Shown: positions 28,718 through 37,152 of the stretch, piece after piece
How the letters are laid out: every line of letters begins with the position of its first letter
Position numbering within the stretch: position 1 is the stretch's first letter
Source: Chthoniobacterales bacterium
GTDB lineage: Bacteria; Verrucomicrobiota; Verrucomicrobiia; Chthoniobacterales; JAFAMB01
Reading direction: 5' to 3'
NCBI GenBank assembly: GCA_036401335.1
Contig: DASWVC010000231.1
Span: forward strand, 1-55,167
Length of the DNA stretch: 55,167 nt
The notes under the pieces: model-generated
Databases searched by the model: none
Told to the model about the DNA's origin: nothing
What the model saw: only the letters and a program-made list of their open reading frames with translations
Program-made: the position numbers and the translations under genes

Positions 28718-28777
28718 GGTGCAAGCGGGCGTCCCGGCCGGACCGCGGGGAAGAAGATGCCGGCGTCACGGGATGGA

Positions 28778-28897
28778 GCAAATGCCACAAGCCGAAGAAC
28801 CGAAAAATGCCACGGATGTTGCAGGAGCCACGATCAAGGGTTCTTCTCTGCGTCTGCCGTTTTTGGCATTCTTCCATTTTTTCGCTTGTGGCCTTTG
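28778..28897. repeat. Long imperfect inverted repeat in a convergent intergenic region (possible bidirectional terminator)
   Basis: GCCACAAGCCGAA (28784-28796) pairs with TTCGCTTGTGGC (28881-28892). AATGCCA (28806-28812) pairs with TGGCATT (28864-28870). A T-run lies at 28859-28863. Confidence 0.35.
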
Positions 28898-28901
28898 AGG
28901 T

Positions 28902-29654
28902 TCACGCCCCCATCGCCACGGGTGTCGTCGTGGTCTCGGTGGCCGGGATCGGGCGCTCAACGGTGCCGCGGCGTTGAAGCGAGCGGGCCAACTGGCTGCA
29001 AAGGCCCGACCAAAGCGAACCGGCCGCCCAACCGGCGAGAACGTCGGTGGGGTAATGCACCCCGAGCAGGAGGCGGCTGACTCCGACCGACATGGCGAGG
29101 GTGATCGCCACGGTCCGAAAATAGATTTTCGCCGCCGCGTTTGCTGCCATGCGCGACAGGATGCCGCCCAAGGTAAGGTAAACCAGTGCAGACAACATAG
29201 AGTGGCCGCTGGGGAAGCTTCCCGGATCAAAGTGCGTGAGCTTCGGCACGACCGTGGGCCGCGGCCGGACAAACAGGTCTTTGAGCAGTCGGCTCACGGC
29301 CATGCCGCTGCCCAGCGAGGCGATCAAAAAGCCGGCAGCGCGAAACCGCCGGTTCAACGCAAGGTAGCCGACCACGATCCCCGTGATCACGGAGAGGTTC
29401 GCCCCGCTGCCCAGTGCCGTGACGTCGTGGGCTACCTCCGTGACCCACGGTGGCCCTTTCAGGAGCTCCGGATTTTTCGGGTCACGCAGTGAAGCCAGGA
29501 TCCGCTGGTCAAAACTGTCGGTCTGGCCCTTTTTGACTTTGCCGGCCAGGCGCAGAAACACCAGTGCGCCGATGGAGCCGAGGAAAAGGTTCAGGAAGGT
29601 TGCCGCTTCGGTCGTAACGACCCGGCCATGGGAAGGGTTCGATTGAGATTTCAC
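28902..29654 (-). CDS. PAP2-family membrane phosphatase
   Basis: KDLFVRPRP, PSGHS and SRLLLGVHYPTDV (the three PAP2 motifs), plus multiple TM helices. Confidence 0.85.
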   Translation of the reverse strand: MKSQSNPSHGRVVTTEAATFLNLFLGSIGALVFLRLAGKVKKGQTDSFDQRILASLRDPKNPELLKGPPWVTEVAHDVTALGSGANLSVITGIVVGYLALNRRFRAAGFLIASLGSGMAVSRLLKDLFVRPRPTVVPKLTHFDPGSFPSGHSMLSALVYLTLGGILSRMAANAAAKIYFRTVAITLAMSVGVSRLLLGVHYPTDVLAGWAAGSLWSGLCSQLARSLQRRGTVERPIPATETTTTPVAMGA

Positions 29655-29886
29655 AAGGGTACCGGCTTAACGGGCGTTTGAGGTGGACAATCCTTCTTCG
29701 CCACTCGCCCGGCCAGTTGGTTCAAGAAAACCGAGGGAAATGAAAAGAAGGCGCTTTTACCGTGGAAGGGGTCACGAAAACCCGGGGCCATCCGACCGCT
29801 CCCGGCTTCAGGTGAAACCGTTGCAGGCTTGATCCGGCGCGGCGTGGCGGGTGCTTTGCTCTGGCACGGCGGCTCGCTTGGACCCT

Positions 29887-30984
29887 TCAGTCCCCCAGTT
29901 CCAGGTTTTTCAGAAGGGCCCGGCCCAGGGCGTTTCCATCCAAGGACGGCAACGGCGCGTTAAGTTCTTCCACCGTACGGCGGTGACTTTCCTCCTCGTT
30001 CTGCTTCGCAGCCTGCATCAGCTCGTCCAGCTGCTCCCGCGCGGCCTTGCGACGAGCGAATTCCTCTGCCTGCACCAGCTTCAATTTTTCCTTGCTGGCC
30101 GTGATGAAATCGAGTTGCCGTTTGACCTCCGGGTGGTCGGCTTCGGCCGGCACGCTCCGGAGGTGGCTGCAGAATTTATCCAACTGCTCAAAAACAAGGT
30201 TCAACGCATCATTTGCAGTCAATGTGGCTGCCGGTGCGAGCGTCACCGACGGGAGGGAGCGGCCGGCTGGGGTCGAACCCCTGGGGGGGCCTGCACCCGT
30301 TGCGGCCGGCGGCGGGTCAAGGCTAAAAGTCCAGGTGTAGTCGCAGGAAGGGCAGCAGAGGTAATTCCACATCCGGGCCAGGCAGGCACGGTTCATACAG
30401 CCTAGAAGCGCGGCCGGCTCCAGGCCCACTGGTTGCTGGCACTTCGGGCACTCGACGGCAGGGGGAAAGGGGGTGCGGCAGAACGGGCAGGCCGCGACCG
30501 CCGGTTCCTGCGCGGCAATGCCGATCAACACGTACCCCACAATTTCAGAGTCAGGAAAGCGCGGCTGCCAGAGCTCAAGCAACTCAGCATGCGGCAGGCG
30601 GCGCGACGGCCCGTAAAACGGATCGTGCAGGACCACGTTTTCCCCGTCGAGCTCCACGAAAACCGCGTAATGGCCGGTGGGTGCCTCGGGCTTGAGGCGA
30701 TGGTTCACAATCGCCCGAATGCCCAGGTCGCGGCAAAGTCGCAACGACTGGAGGGGATGCGTCACCTGGACGGCCAATGCCCGAAAGCCTCGGTTGAAAG
30801 CGTCGCGGGCCATCAGATGGGTGGTCGAAGCCAGGCTGCCGAACCGGTTTGGCTTGGCAATTCCGCCCCAGACCTCGAGTTGCGAAACTTCCTTGCCGAA
30901 GGAACGGTACACCATGCTCAGACATGCCGCGCCGCACATCCGGCTGGTCTGAGCGTCTAATTGCCTCTCATAAGGAATGACCAT
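29887..30984 (-). CDS. C39/papain-like cysteine-protease domain + two zinc ribbons + C-terminal coiled coil
   Basis: Q..SRMCGAACLSMV (Cys17), GHYAVFV (His105), LHDP (Asp121). CPFC..x9..CPKC, then C-x4-C...CCPSC. Pro-rich linker and a helical K/E/Q-rich tail. No signal peptide or TM helix. Confidence 0.6.
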   Translation of the reverse strand: MVIPYERQLDAQTSRMCGAACLSMVYRSFGKEVSQLEVWGGIAKPNRFGSLASTTHLMARDAFNRGFRALAVQVTHPLQSLRLCRDLGIRAIVNHRLKPEAPTGHYAVFVELDGENVVLHDPFYGPSRRLPHAELLELWQPRFPDSEIVGYVLIGIAAQEPAVAACPFCRTPFPPAVECPKCQQPVGLEPAALLGCMNRACLARMWNYLCCPSCDYTWTFSLDPPPAATGAGPPRGSTPAGRSLPSVTLAPAATLTANDALNLVFEQLDKFCSHLRSVPAEADHPEVKRQLDFITASKEKLKLVQAEEFARRKAAREQLDELMQAAKQNEEESHRRTVEELNAPLPSLDGNALGRALLKNLELGD

Positions 30985-31029
30985 GGTTGCGTTTGCTGCG
31001 TGAATCCTTCGGGGTTGCCTTCCTCGATT

Positions 31030-31323
31030 TCACGGACCGATCAGGACCATTGGAAATCCCATGGCGATCGACCCGCCATGGGCCGTGAGATCGCCCATCC
31101 GGGCCGCCGGCTGGCCGCCGATCAGGACCGTGAATGAACCCATCGCGATAACGTCAGGTCCACCAGCGCAAACCGCCATATCCCCAACCCGGGCGGCTGG
31201 CTGGCTACCGATCAGCACCGTCGGGCAACCCGGTGGAAGAATCGGTCCGCCTACATGCGGCACAACTCCCGTCACCATCGGGCACACATGCAAATCCCCC
31301 ACACGGGCAGCTGGTTGTCCCAT
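31030..31323 (-). CDS. PAAR-domain protein
   Basis: 97 aa with three G(S/G)QPAAR(V/M)GD repeats and H.CP / CAGG motifs. Confidence 0.9.
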   Translation of the reverse strand: MGQPAARVGDLHVCPMVTGVVPHVGGPILPPGCPTVLIGSQPAARVGDMAVCAGGPDVIAMGSFTVLIGGQPAARMGDLTAHGGSIAMGFPMVLIGP

Positions 31324-31343
31324 GCCTTAATCCTCGATTTCTT

Positions 31344-31934
31344 TCATTTGCAGATTGGAACCTTGTTCCTGGTGGCCGGCCACCCAAACCGGCCTTTCGC
31401 TACCTCGATGCCCAGTTCCACGAACAATCGCTGCGTGTCCACGATCTTGATCGCGTCCACCTTGGAGGATGCGAGTTTGACCGCACCGGCGACGGCCTTC
31501 GCCGACGCAAACGCTGCCCCGGACGGGCCGTCTTCGGCCTGGTGCGCCGCCGAAGCCAACGCACCCGCCGGGGAAACCGGTCCGGCCAGTTCGGCGGGCG
31601 TCTTGGCCGCAACCCGCTTTTCTTCCGTCGGTTCGAAAATCCATTGCACGGCGGCTTTGCCGGCCGCCTTCTCGCTTTGGGAAAGGCGGTCACCGCAGGC
31701 GTGCTGCAGGCAGAGGCAACCCCACCAGATCGCTTCACGCGCTGGCAACGCATGGGCCATGAAATCGATCGCGGCAAGGTAATGTTTGTTCTTCAAAAAA
31801 GCGCCGATCAATTCTCGCGGCGGCATTGCCTCACGGAGCAGTGCCCGCGATTCTCTCGTCAGGTCGAAATGTGCGCACACCTCGGCAGCTGACTCAGCTT
31901 TGACCTTGACCAACGGTTCCTGGCTCATGTCCAC
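31344..31934 (-). CDS. Hypothetical protein between vgrG and PAAR (candidate adaptor/chaperone)
   Basis: 196 aa, no TM helix or signal peptide. Motif AIDFMAHALPAREAIWWGCLCLQHACG, Ala-rich C-terminal half. 19-nt and 20-nt spacers to its neighbours. Confidence 0.6.
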   Translation of the reverse strand: MDMSQEPLVKVKAESAAEVCAHFDLTRESRALLREAMPPRELIGAFLKNKHYLAAIDFMAHALPAREAIWWGCLCLQHACGDRLSQSEKAAGKAAVQWIFEPTEEKRVAAKTPAELAGPVSPAGALASAAHQAEDGPSGAAFASAKAVAGAVKLASSKVDAIKIVDTQRLFVELGIEVAKGRFGWPATRNKVPICK

Positions 31935-31953
31935 GTCGCGTTGAAACTTGAAT

Positions 31954-34938
31954 TTAGTTCACCTTGACGAAAGGCAATCCCTGAATGGTAATGCCCTGGA
32001 TGGCGTCAATGGTAATTGAATTCACTCCGGCCTTGATCGTCACGGCACCGTCCATCCCGGCATCGATCGTAATGCCGTCCGGCGTCAGCTCGATCTTCTG
32101 GTTGAGGGAGCCTGGAAAAACACCACGCTGAATCGTGACGTTTTGAGCTTGCCCAACGATGATTTCGACTCCATTGGTCGAGCCGTCTGAAACCGGCGGG
32201 CTCGTCAGCGGAGAAATCCCGATTGGCGGCCCGGCGGTGATCCGTACACCTGAGTTCCCGCGCACCTCCACCATCCCACCCGGGCCCACGCCGGCAACGG
32301 TTTCGCCGGTGGCCAGCAGCGTGATGACACTTTTACCGGGCTCCGCTGGAGGCAACGGAGTTCGGCTGATGATTTCCACACCACTTGCGGTGACGGTATA
32401 GATCCCGGCAACGGAATGTTGATCATCGCCGTCATCCGCACCCCCACCGCTGCCGCCGCCCGCTGGGGCGGCACTGGAACTCTGCGCTGCGCTGTCCTCC
32501 TGCTGCTTCACGTCAGAATCTTCACCGGCGAGGACGAGCGGGACCAGGATGGCGCCCAATAACTCCAGACCAGCCGCGCAACCTGCGACCCATCCTCCCG
32601 GCGTCGCGGCGGTAGCATCCGGCTCCGGGTTGGGCTTCACCCCGTACAAGGTGTTCAGCGCGAAGACGCGGGTGTCCTCCGCCTCTTTCATCACGTTTTC
32701 GGCGACCAGGATTGCGGCCAGGATCGCGTCGACCACCGCCTGATAAGCAATCGTGAATTTTCCACAGGCCAGGTACTGGTTCTTTTTATTTTTTAACCCG
32801 TAGCCGATCGCATAGAGGATCGCCGCAGCAGCCAGGACACCGCACAGCGTCACGGTTACAACGTGCTGTTTGTATCCCGCATCGATCGAGATTTTATCCT
32901 TGCCAAGGTTGATTTCGAACGCTTGACCCACTGTAACGGCTGCACTCGCGCCAAAGGTCAGTTGGACGTTGCCACCCATCCCGGCTCCCATGAGGCCGGT
33001 TACCACGCCCGGCACCGGAATCCCGGGGATGCCCGCGAGCAAGCCGAACGGATTGATGCAGATCTGGTGGTTGTTCCCGATGGCAAGCTGGTGGTTAAGG
33101 CCGATGCAGGCCTGCATGTTTTCACCGAACACCATCACCGCGTTCAGGCCGGGAGCTTCGTTGATCGGGCTCGGGCTCGGGATCGTGTTCCCGGCATCCA
33201 TGCCGCTGCCATTGCCCCCCCCGCTTCCGCCACCCATAGGAATGCTTCCGACGGTCATGACCGAGGTGCCTGCTACCCGCTCCCCCCGGTGGCGGCCTGC
33301 ATGAATCATTTTGTCGTACTCCGAGTTTAAGCTGAGGTTGTGCTCCGAGTGCAACGCGAGGTGTTCATGACCCTTCTGATCATTGAAGACGATTCCGTTA
33401 AAATTTTTTGACGAGATGCCTTTGTGGCTCGCCGACTTCAAGCCAGTGAGGATTTTTTTTGCGGGAAGCTCATACGGCGGCATGTTCTCGGCGTTGTAAA
33501 CGCTGCCGACGATCAACGGCTGGTCCGGATCGCCCTCCTCGAATGCGACCACCACCTCATGGCCGGTGCGGGGCCAGAAAAATGCGCCCCACCCCTTGCC
33601 AGCCCACACCTGGGCGACCCGCACCCAGCAGGAGCTGTCGGCGTCCTTTTTCCCTTCCCGGTCCCAATGAAACTGCACTTTCACCCGGCCGTACTTGTCG
33701 CAGAAAAGTTCCTCGCCCGGAGGGCCGGTCACGGTCGCCGTCTGAACACCGGAAATCACCGGTTTGTGCGTCACACGCGGCGGCCGGTAAGGGAGGGCAA
33801 CCGGGATGCACGTAAAACCGTTGTGATAGGTAAAGGCCGTTGCCTGGTTGCTGCGGTAATTACCTTCAAGGCAGGCAACGTGTTCGACACGGGTGAGGAG
33901 GTACCGGTCGTTTGCGTTAAAATGCCGTTCCAACGTGAACTGGTGGCCGGCAACGAAATGGCCGCAGTTGCTTGTTCCCCCGATCTCCAGGCTGACGGCT
34001 GCTTCCTCCTCCATGCGAACGCGAACCGTCCTTTCGCCATCTGGGAAGACGCCGTTCAGATCCTGCGGCCGGGCCGCGCCGTTGCGATCCACACCGTCGA
34101 AGCGTTGGGCGTAACCTCCGGGGTAGTCGTAGATTTCGAGCCGGTCGTTGCCGCCGACATTGAGCTGGTGAGTCACCTCGCCTGCCGCCACGGTGTGCAT
34201 GGTTTTTTCCCTCGTTTCGAGGTGATTGCCCGGGATCTCGAAGCTGTGGTCCCGAAGCGTGCACTCACCGGAGCGGAGTTCCTGGCTTTTTTCCCAGGTG
34301 GTAATCCGCAGCTCTTTCCGCGCGCCGCCGGATACTTCCTCGTAAATGACCGTGCTTTGTCCGGGGACGGTCGGATGCTGAATGGGGGCGTCCGTCATGA
34401 CCATCTGGTGACTGGCCTCGCCGTGCTTGAAGAAGTAATAAATGCCTTCCTCCTCCAGCAACCGGCTCACGAAACTGAAGTCGGACTCGCGGTACTGAAC
34501 GCAATAATCCCGTGGGTAGTAGGTTCCCAGGATTTCGTAGGCGACGTCCAAGCCCGAGAGTACCTGCCGGAGGATGTCCGGCACCGATAGGTGCTGGAAG
34601 GTGCGGCTCCGGACCTTTTTCGTCAGCAGCCAGAACTGGGGAACCAGTTCGGCACGGAAATGCACGAACGCCTCGTCCCGGGCACCCTGGGTAAACCGTT
34701 TGATCAACCCGTTAAAATAGCGTTTCTCCCCGTTAGCCAAACGCATCTCCACCGTCACGTTCTGGCCCAAGAGGCGATCGAAGCGGACCTCGCTCTTCGC
34801 TTCGGCCAGGAGATCGAGTTGAAAATTGAAGAGTTGCGAGACGGCCTCGCAGCCGCGCAAACCAGTCAGGAGCAGGAGGTCTTTGCCGAGCGGCGTCGTA
34901 ACCGCCAATGGCCTATGTGCTTGTGTGTAGGTCGGCAT
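31954..34938 (-). CDS. vgrG: Type VI secretion spike protein VgrG with ~430-aa C-terminal extension
   Basis: N-terminal VgrG signature (RPLAVTTPLGKDLLLLTGLRG.EAVSQLFNFQLDLL). gp5 OB-fold block (GRVKVQFHWDREG, WVRVAQVWAGKGWGAFFWPRTGHEVVVAFEEGDPDQPLIVGSVYN). The extension contains three hydrophobic helices. Confidence 0.9.
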   Translation of the reverse strand: MPTYTQAHRPLAVTTPLGKDLLLLTGLRGCEAVSQLFNFQLDLLAEAKSEVRFDRLLGQNVTVEMRLANGEKRYFNGLIKRFTQGARDEAFVHFRAELVPQFWLLTKKVRSRTFQHLSVPDILRQVLSGLDVAYEILGTYYPRDYCVQYRESDFSFVSRLLEEEGIYYFFKHGEASHQMVMTDAPIQHPTVPGQSTVIYEEVSGGARKELRITTWEKSQELRSGECTLRDHSFEIPGNHLETREKTMHTVAAGEVTHQLNVGGNDRLEIYDYPGGYAQRFDGVDRNGAARPQDLNGVFPDGERTVRVRMEEEAAVSLEIGGTSNCGHFVAGHQFTLERHFNANDRYLLTRVEHVACLEGNYRSNQATAFTYHNGFTCIPVALPYRPPRVTHKPVISGVQTATVTGPPGEELFCDKYGRVKVQFHWDREGKKDADSSCWVRVAQVWAGKGWGAFFWPRTGHEVVVAFEEGDPDQPLIVGSVYNAENMPPYELPAKKILTGLKSASHKGISSKNFNGIVFNDQKGHEHLALHSEHNLSLNSEYDKMIHAGRHRGERVAGTSVMTVGSIPMGGGSGGGNGSGMDAGNTIPSPSPINEAPGLNAVMVFGENMQACIGLNHQLAIGNNHQICINPFGLLAGIPGIPVPGVVTGLMGAGMGGNVQLTFGASAAVTVGQAFEINLGKDKISIDAGYKQHVVTVTLCGVLAAAAILYAIGYGLKNKKNQYLACGKFTIAYQAVVDAILAAILVAENVMKEAEDTRVFALNTLYGVKPNPEPDATAATPGGWVAGCAAGLELLGAILVPLVLAGEDSDVKQQEDSAAQSSSAAPAGGGSGGGADDGDDQHSVAGIYTVTASGVEIISRTPLPPAEPGKSVITLLATGETVAGVGPGGMVEVRGNSGVRITAGPPIGISPLTSPPVSDGSTNGVEIIVGQAQNVTIQRGVFPGSLNQKIELTPDGITIDAGMDGAVTIKAGVNSITIDAIQGITIQGLPFVKVN

Positions 34939-35169
34939 GAATGGTGTGGCAAGGCTTTGGCGGCAGACTCAAAGCGGCCGTTCGGTAACGTAGGAGCGTA
35001 ACCGCATTACCATGGGTAGGTCGGCCGTGAACAAGTCATCACGTTGCCGATCCTCTCGCAGCGGCCGGGACATGGCGAGAGAAAACCGGCCTGGTTAACC
35101 GAACGAGTGATTTCCGAACCGTTTACGCGGGCGTTCGACGTGCGCCCACCCAGGGCCAGACCGTCGCGG

Positions 35170-35877
35170 TCACCCAAGGAAATGGTAGCGCACCAGCAGA
35201 AAAGTGGTGTAACCGACCAGTTCTGCCGGGTAGCTGGCCGCGCTCACCCACGGTTCCGCCCCGTCGATTCGGTAGATAAGGCGGCTGGCGAGGTACACTA
35301 ACCCCGTACAAAAGACCGGTCCCGGCAGGAACCGGGGGAAGCCGGGCACCGGTGAGCGGGCACCCACGCACAAGGCGGCCGTTGCGGCCAACGCGATCAG
35401 GCCAAGGGCATGGGCGCCGGTAGAACCGCCTTTCCGGGCAAACATGGGCGCCAGAAAACCTGCTATCACGCCAAAGGCCAAGAGCCGGGCCGAATCAGGC
35501 AGAAAGAAAAAACGAAGGATGGTGAAACGCAGCAGGAAAGCGCCGCAAAGCGTGGTCACCCCGGGGGCCGCCGGCATGGATTCCTGGCGAAGCGGACCGG
35601 AAACCCCAAAGACATGATCAGCCAAATGCCCGAAGGCTGCCTCGGCCTTAAAGCCCCGCAAGCAGCTGACCGTCATCAACCCTAGCACGGCAGCAGGTTC
35701 GGCCGGCAAGTAAAACCAGGACAGCGGCAGGTAGATGGCAAGGGTTGCCAGGGCTGCAACTAATCCGATCAGTGGCAGCCATAGCAGGCGCTGTGGCCCA
35801 ATGCCTGCACCCGAACCTTCGCCCTGAGTGAGGCAGGTAAACTCCCCGAGCGCAGCCCGAAACGAAGTCACGCTCAA
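35170..35877 (-). CDS. Polytopic membrane protein, divergent CobS-like (tentative)
   Basis: Layout resembles CobS as I remember it (LPLIGLVAA early helix, FGHLADHVFG where CobS has HLDGLADT). The conserved acidic/Gly motifs are degenerate. Starts 6 nt after the ispH stop. Confidence 0.35.
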   Translation of the reverse strand: MSVTSFRAALGEFTCLTQGEGSGAGIGPQRLLWLPLIGLVAALATLAIYLPLSWFYLPAEPAAVLGLMTVSCLRGFKAEAAFGHLADHVFGVSGPLRQESMPAAPGVTTLCGAFLLRFTILRFFFLPDSARLLAFGVIAGFLAPMFARKGGSTGAHALGLIALAATAALCVGARSPVPGFPRFLPGPVFCTGLVYLASRLIYRIDGAEPWVSAASYPAELVGYTTFLLVRYHFLG

Positions 35878-35883
35878 CCAATC

Positions 35884-37113
35884 TCAGGCGGCCAGCACCT
35901 CAGTAAAAGGAATGCCCCGCAACTCGTAAACGCGCAAGATCGTCTCCTCGATGAGGTTATTTGGACAGGACGCACCGGCGGTGATACCGACCGTCACCGG
36001 CCCTGCCGGAAGCCAATGTTCCGTGATGATCTCTGCTTTCTCGTCCAAACTGTAGTGGGTGATCCGGTCTGCGCTTTCAAGTTTGTCGGCGCCCCGCACA
36101 AAATACGTCGGCAGTTCAGCTTCACCCATCTCCGCGAGGTGAGAGGTATTCGAGCTGTTGTAGCCTCCCACCACGAGCAGCAGGTCCATCCGTTCGCTCA
36201 GCAATGCGCTCAAGGCGTCCTGCCGTTCCTGGGTAGCGCCGCAAATGGTGTCGAAAAACCGGAAACTCCTGGCCGCACCGGCGGTACCGTCACGGTCGAC
36301 AATGGCTGCCTTGATGCGTCGCTGAACTTCTTCGGTTTCGCCTCGAAGCATGGTGGTCTGGTTAGCGACGCCCACCGCTTTGAGGTGAAGGTCCGGGTTA
36401 AACCCCGGAGAATGGGCATTGGCAAATTTGGCCAGAAACTCCGCCGGATTGCCGCCGTACCGGATGTAGTCGCACACGTAATCCACGTCCGCCAGGGTGA
36501 GCACGATCAGGTAATGGCCGCGATCAAGCCCAAGAGCGCGGGAAGCAGTGGCCTTGGTTTCCTCGTGCTCCGCCTTGCCATGGATGATGGAGGTGACTTC
36601 CTCGGCGGCATTCTGCCGAACCCGTTTCCAGACGCTCATGACATCGCCACAGGTGGTGTCCACGATCTGGCATCCCCGCGCGTTGATGCGGGCCAGGGTT
36701 TCCAGGTCAGTGCCGAACGCCGGCACAATGACAATGTCATCCGCCGTCAGGTCATGGACTTCAGCTTCTTTGTGCGGGCCAATCAGGTTTTTGATGCCCA
36801 TGGCCGCAATCTGCTCGTTGACGGCGGGGTTGTGAATGATCTCGCCCAAAATGAAGACCCGCTTGTCCTGAAATACCTTGCGCGCAGCGTAGGCCAAGTC
36901 AATCGCGCGTTCCACGCCGTAACAAAAGCCGAATTGTTTGGCGAGGCGAACGGTGGTATCGCGAACCGACAGGATACCGCCGTTGGCCCGGATGCGCTCA
37001 ACCACCGCACTCCGGTAATGAGACTCAACCTGCTCCTGCACCTTGGCCATGACATCAGGCGTGCGCAGGTTGATTTTTCTGCGGGGCGGAGCAGGTGCCG
37101 ATTGGCTAGACAT
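35884..37113 (-). CDS. ispH: 4-hydroxy-3-methylbut-2-enyl diphosphate reductase (long form)
   Basis: FGFCYGVERAI, ILGEIIHNP, VPAFG, TTCGDV, IHGKAEHEE, NQTT, DTICGAT and VVGGYNSSNT motifs. Confidence 0.9.
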   Translation of the reverse strand: MSSQSAPAPPRRKINLRTPDVMAKVQEQVESHYRSAVVERIRANGGILSVRDTTVRLAKQFGFCYGVERAIDLAYAARKVFQDKRVFILGEIIHNPAVNEQIAAMGIKNLIGPHKEAEVHDLTADDIVIVPAFGTDLETLARINARGCQIVDTTCGDVMSVWKRVRQNAAEEVTSIIHGKAEHEETKATASRALGLDRGHYLIVLTLADVDYVCDYIRYGGNPAEFLAKFANAHSPGFNPDLHLKAVGVANQTTMLRGETEEVQRRIKAAIVDRDGTAGAARSFRFFDTICGATQERQDALSALLSERMDLLLVVGGYNSSNTSHLAEMGEAELPTYFVRGADKLESADRITHYSLDEKAEIITEHWLPAGPVTVGITAGASCPNNLIEETILRVYELRGIPFTEVLAA

Positions 37114-37152
37114 CGTAGGAAGGTAGCCTGGAATGCCGGAGTCAGCACCAGG

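Noticed and set aside
33424-34590. 388-aa ORF on the plus strand.
   Set aside because: It lies antisense to the conserved VgrG core. Low-complexity composition and no independent support.
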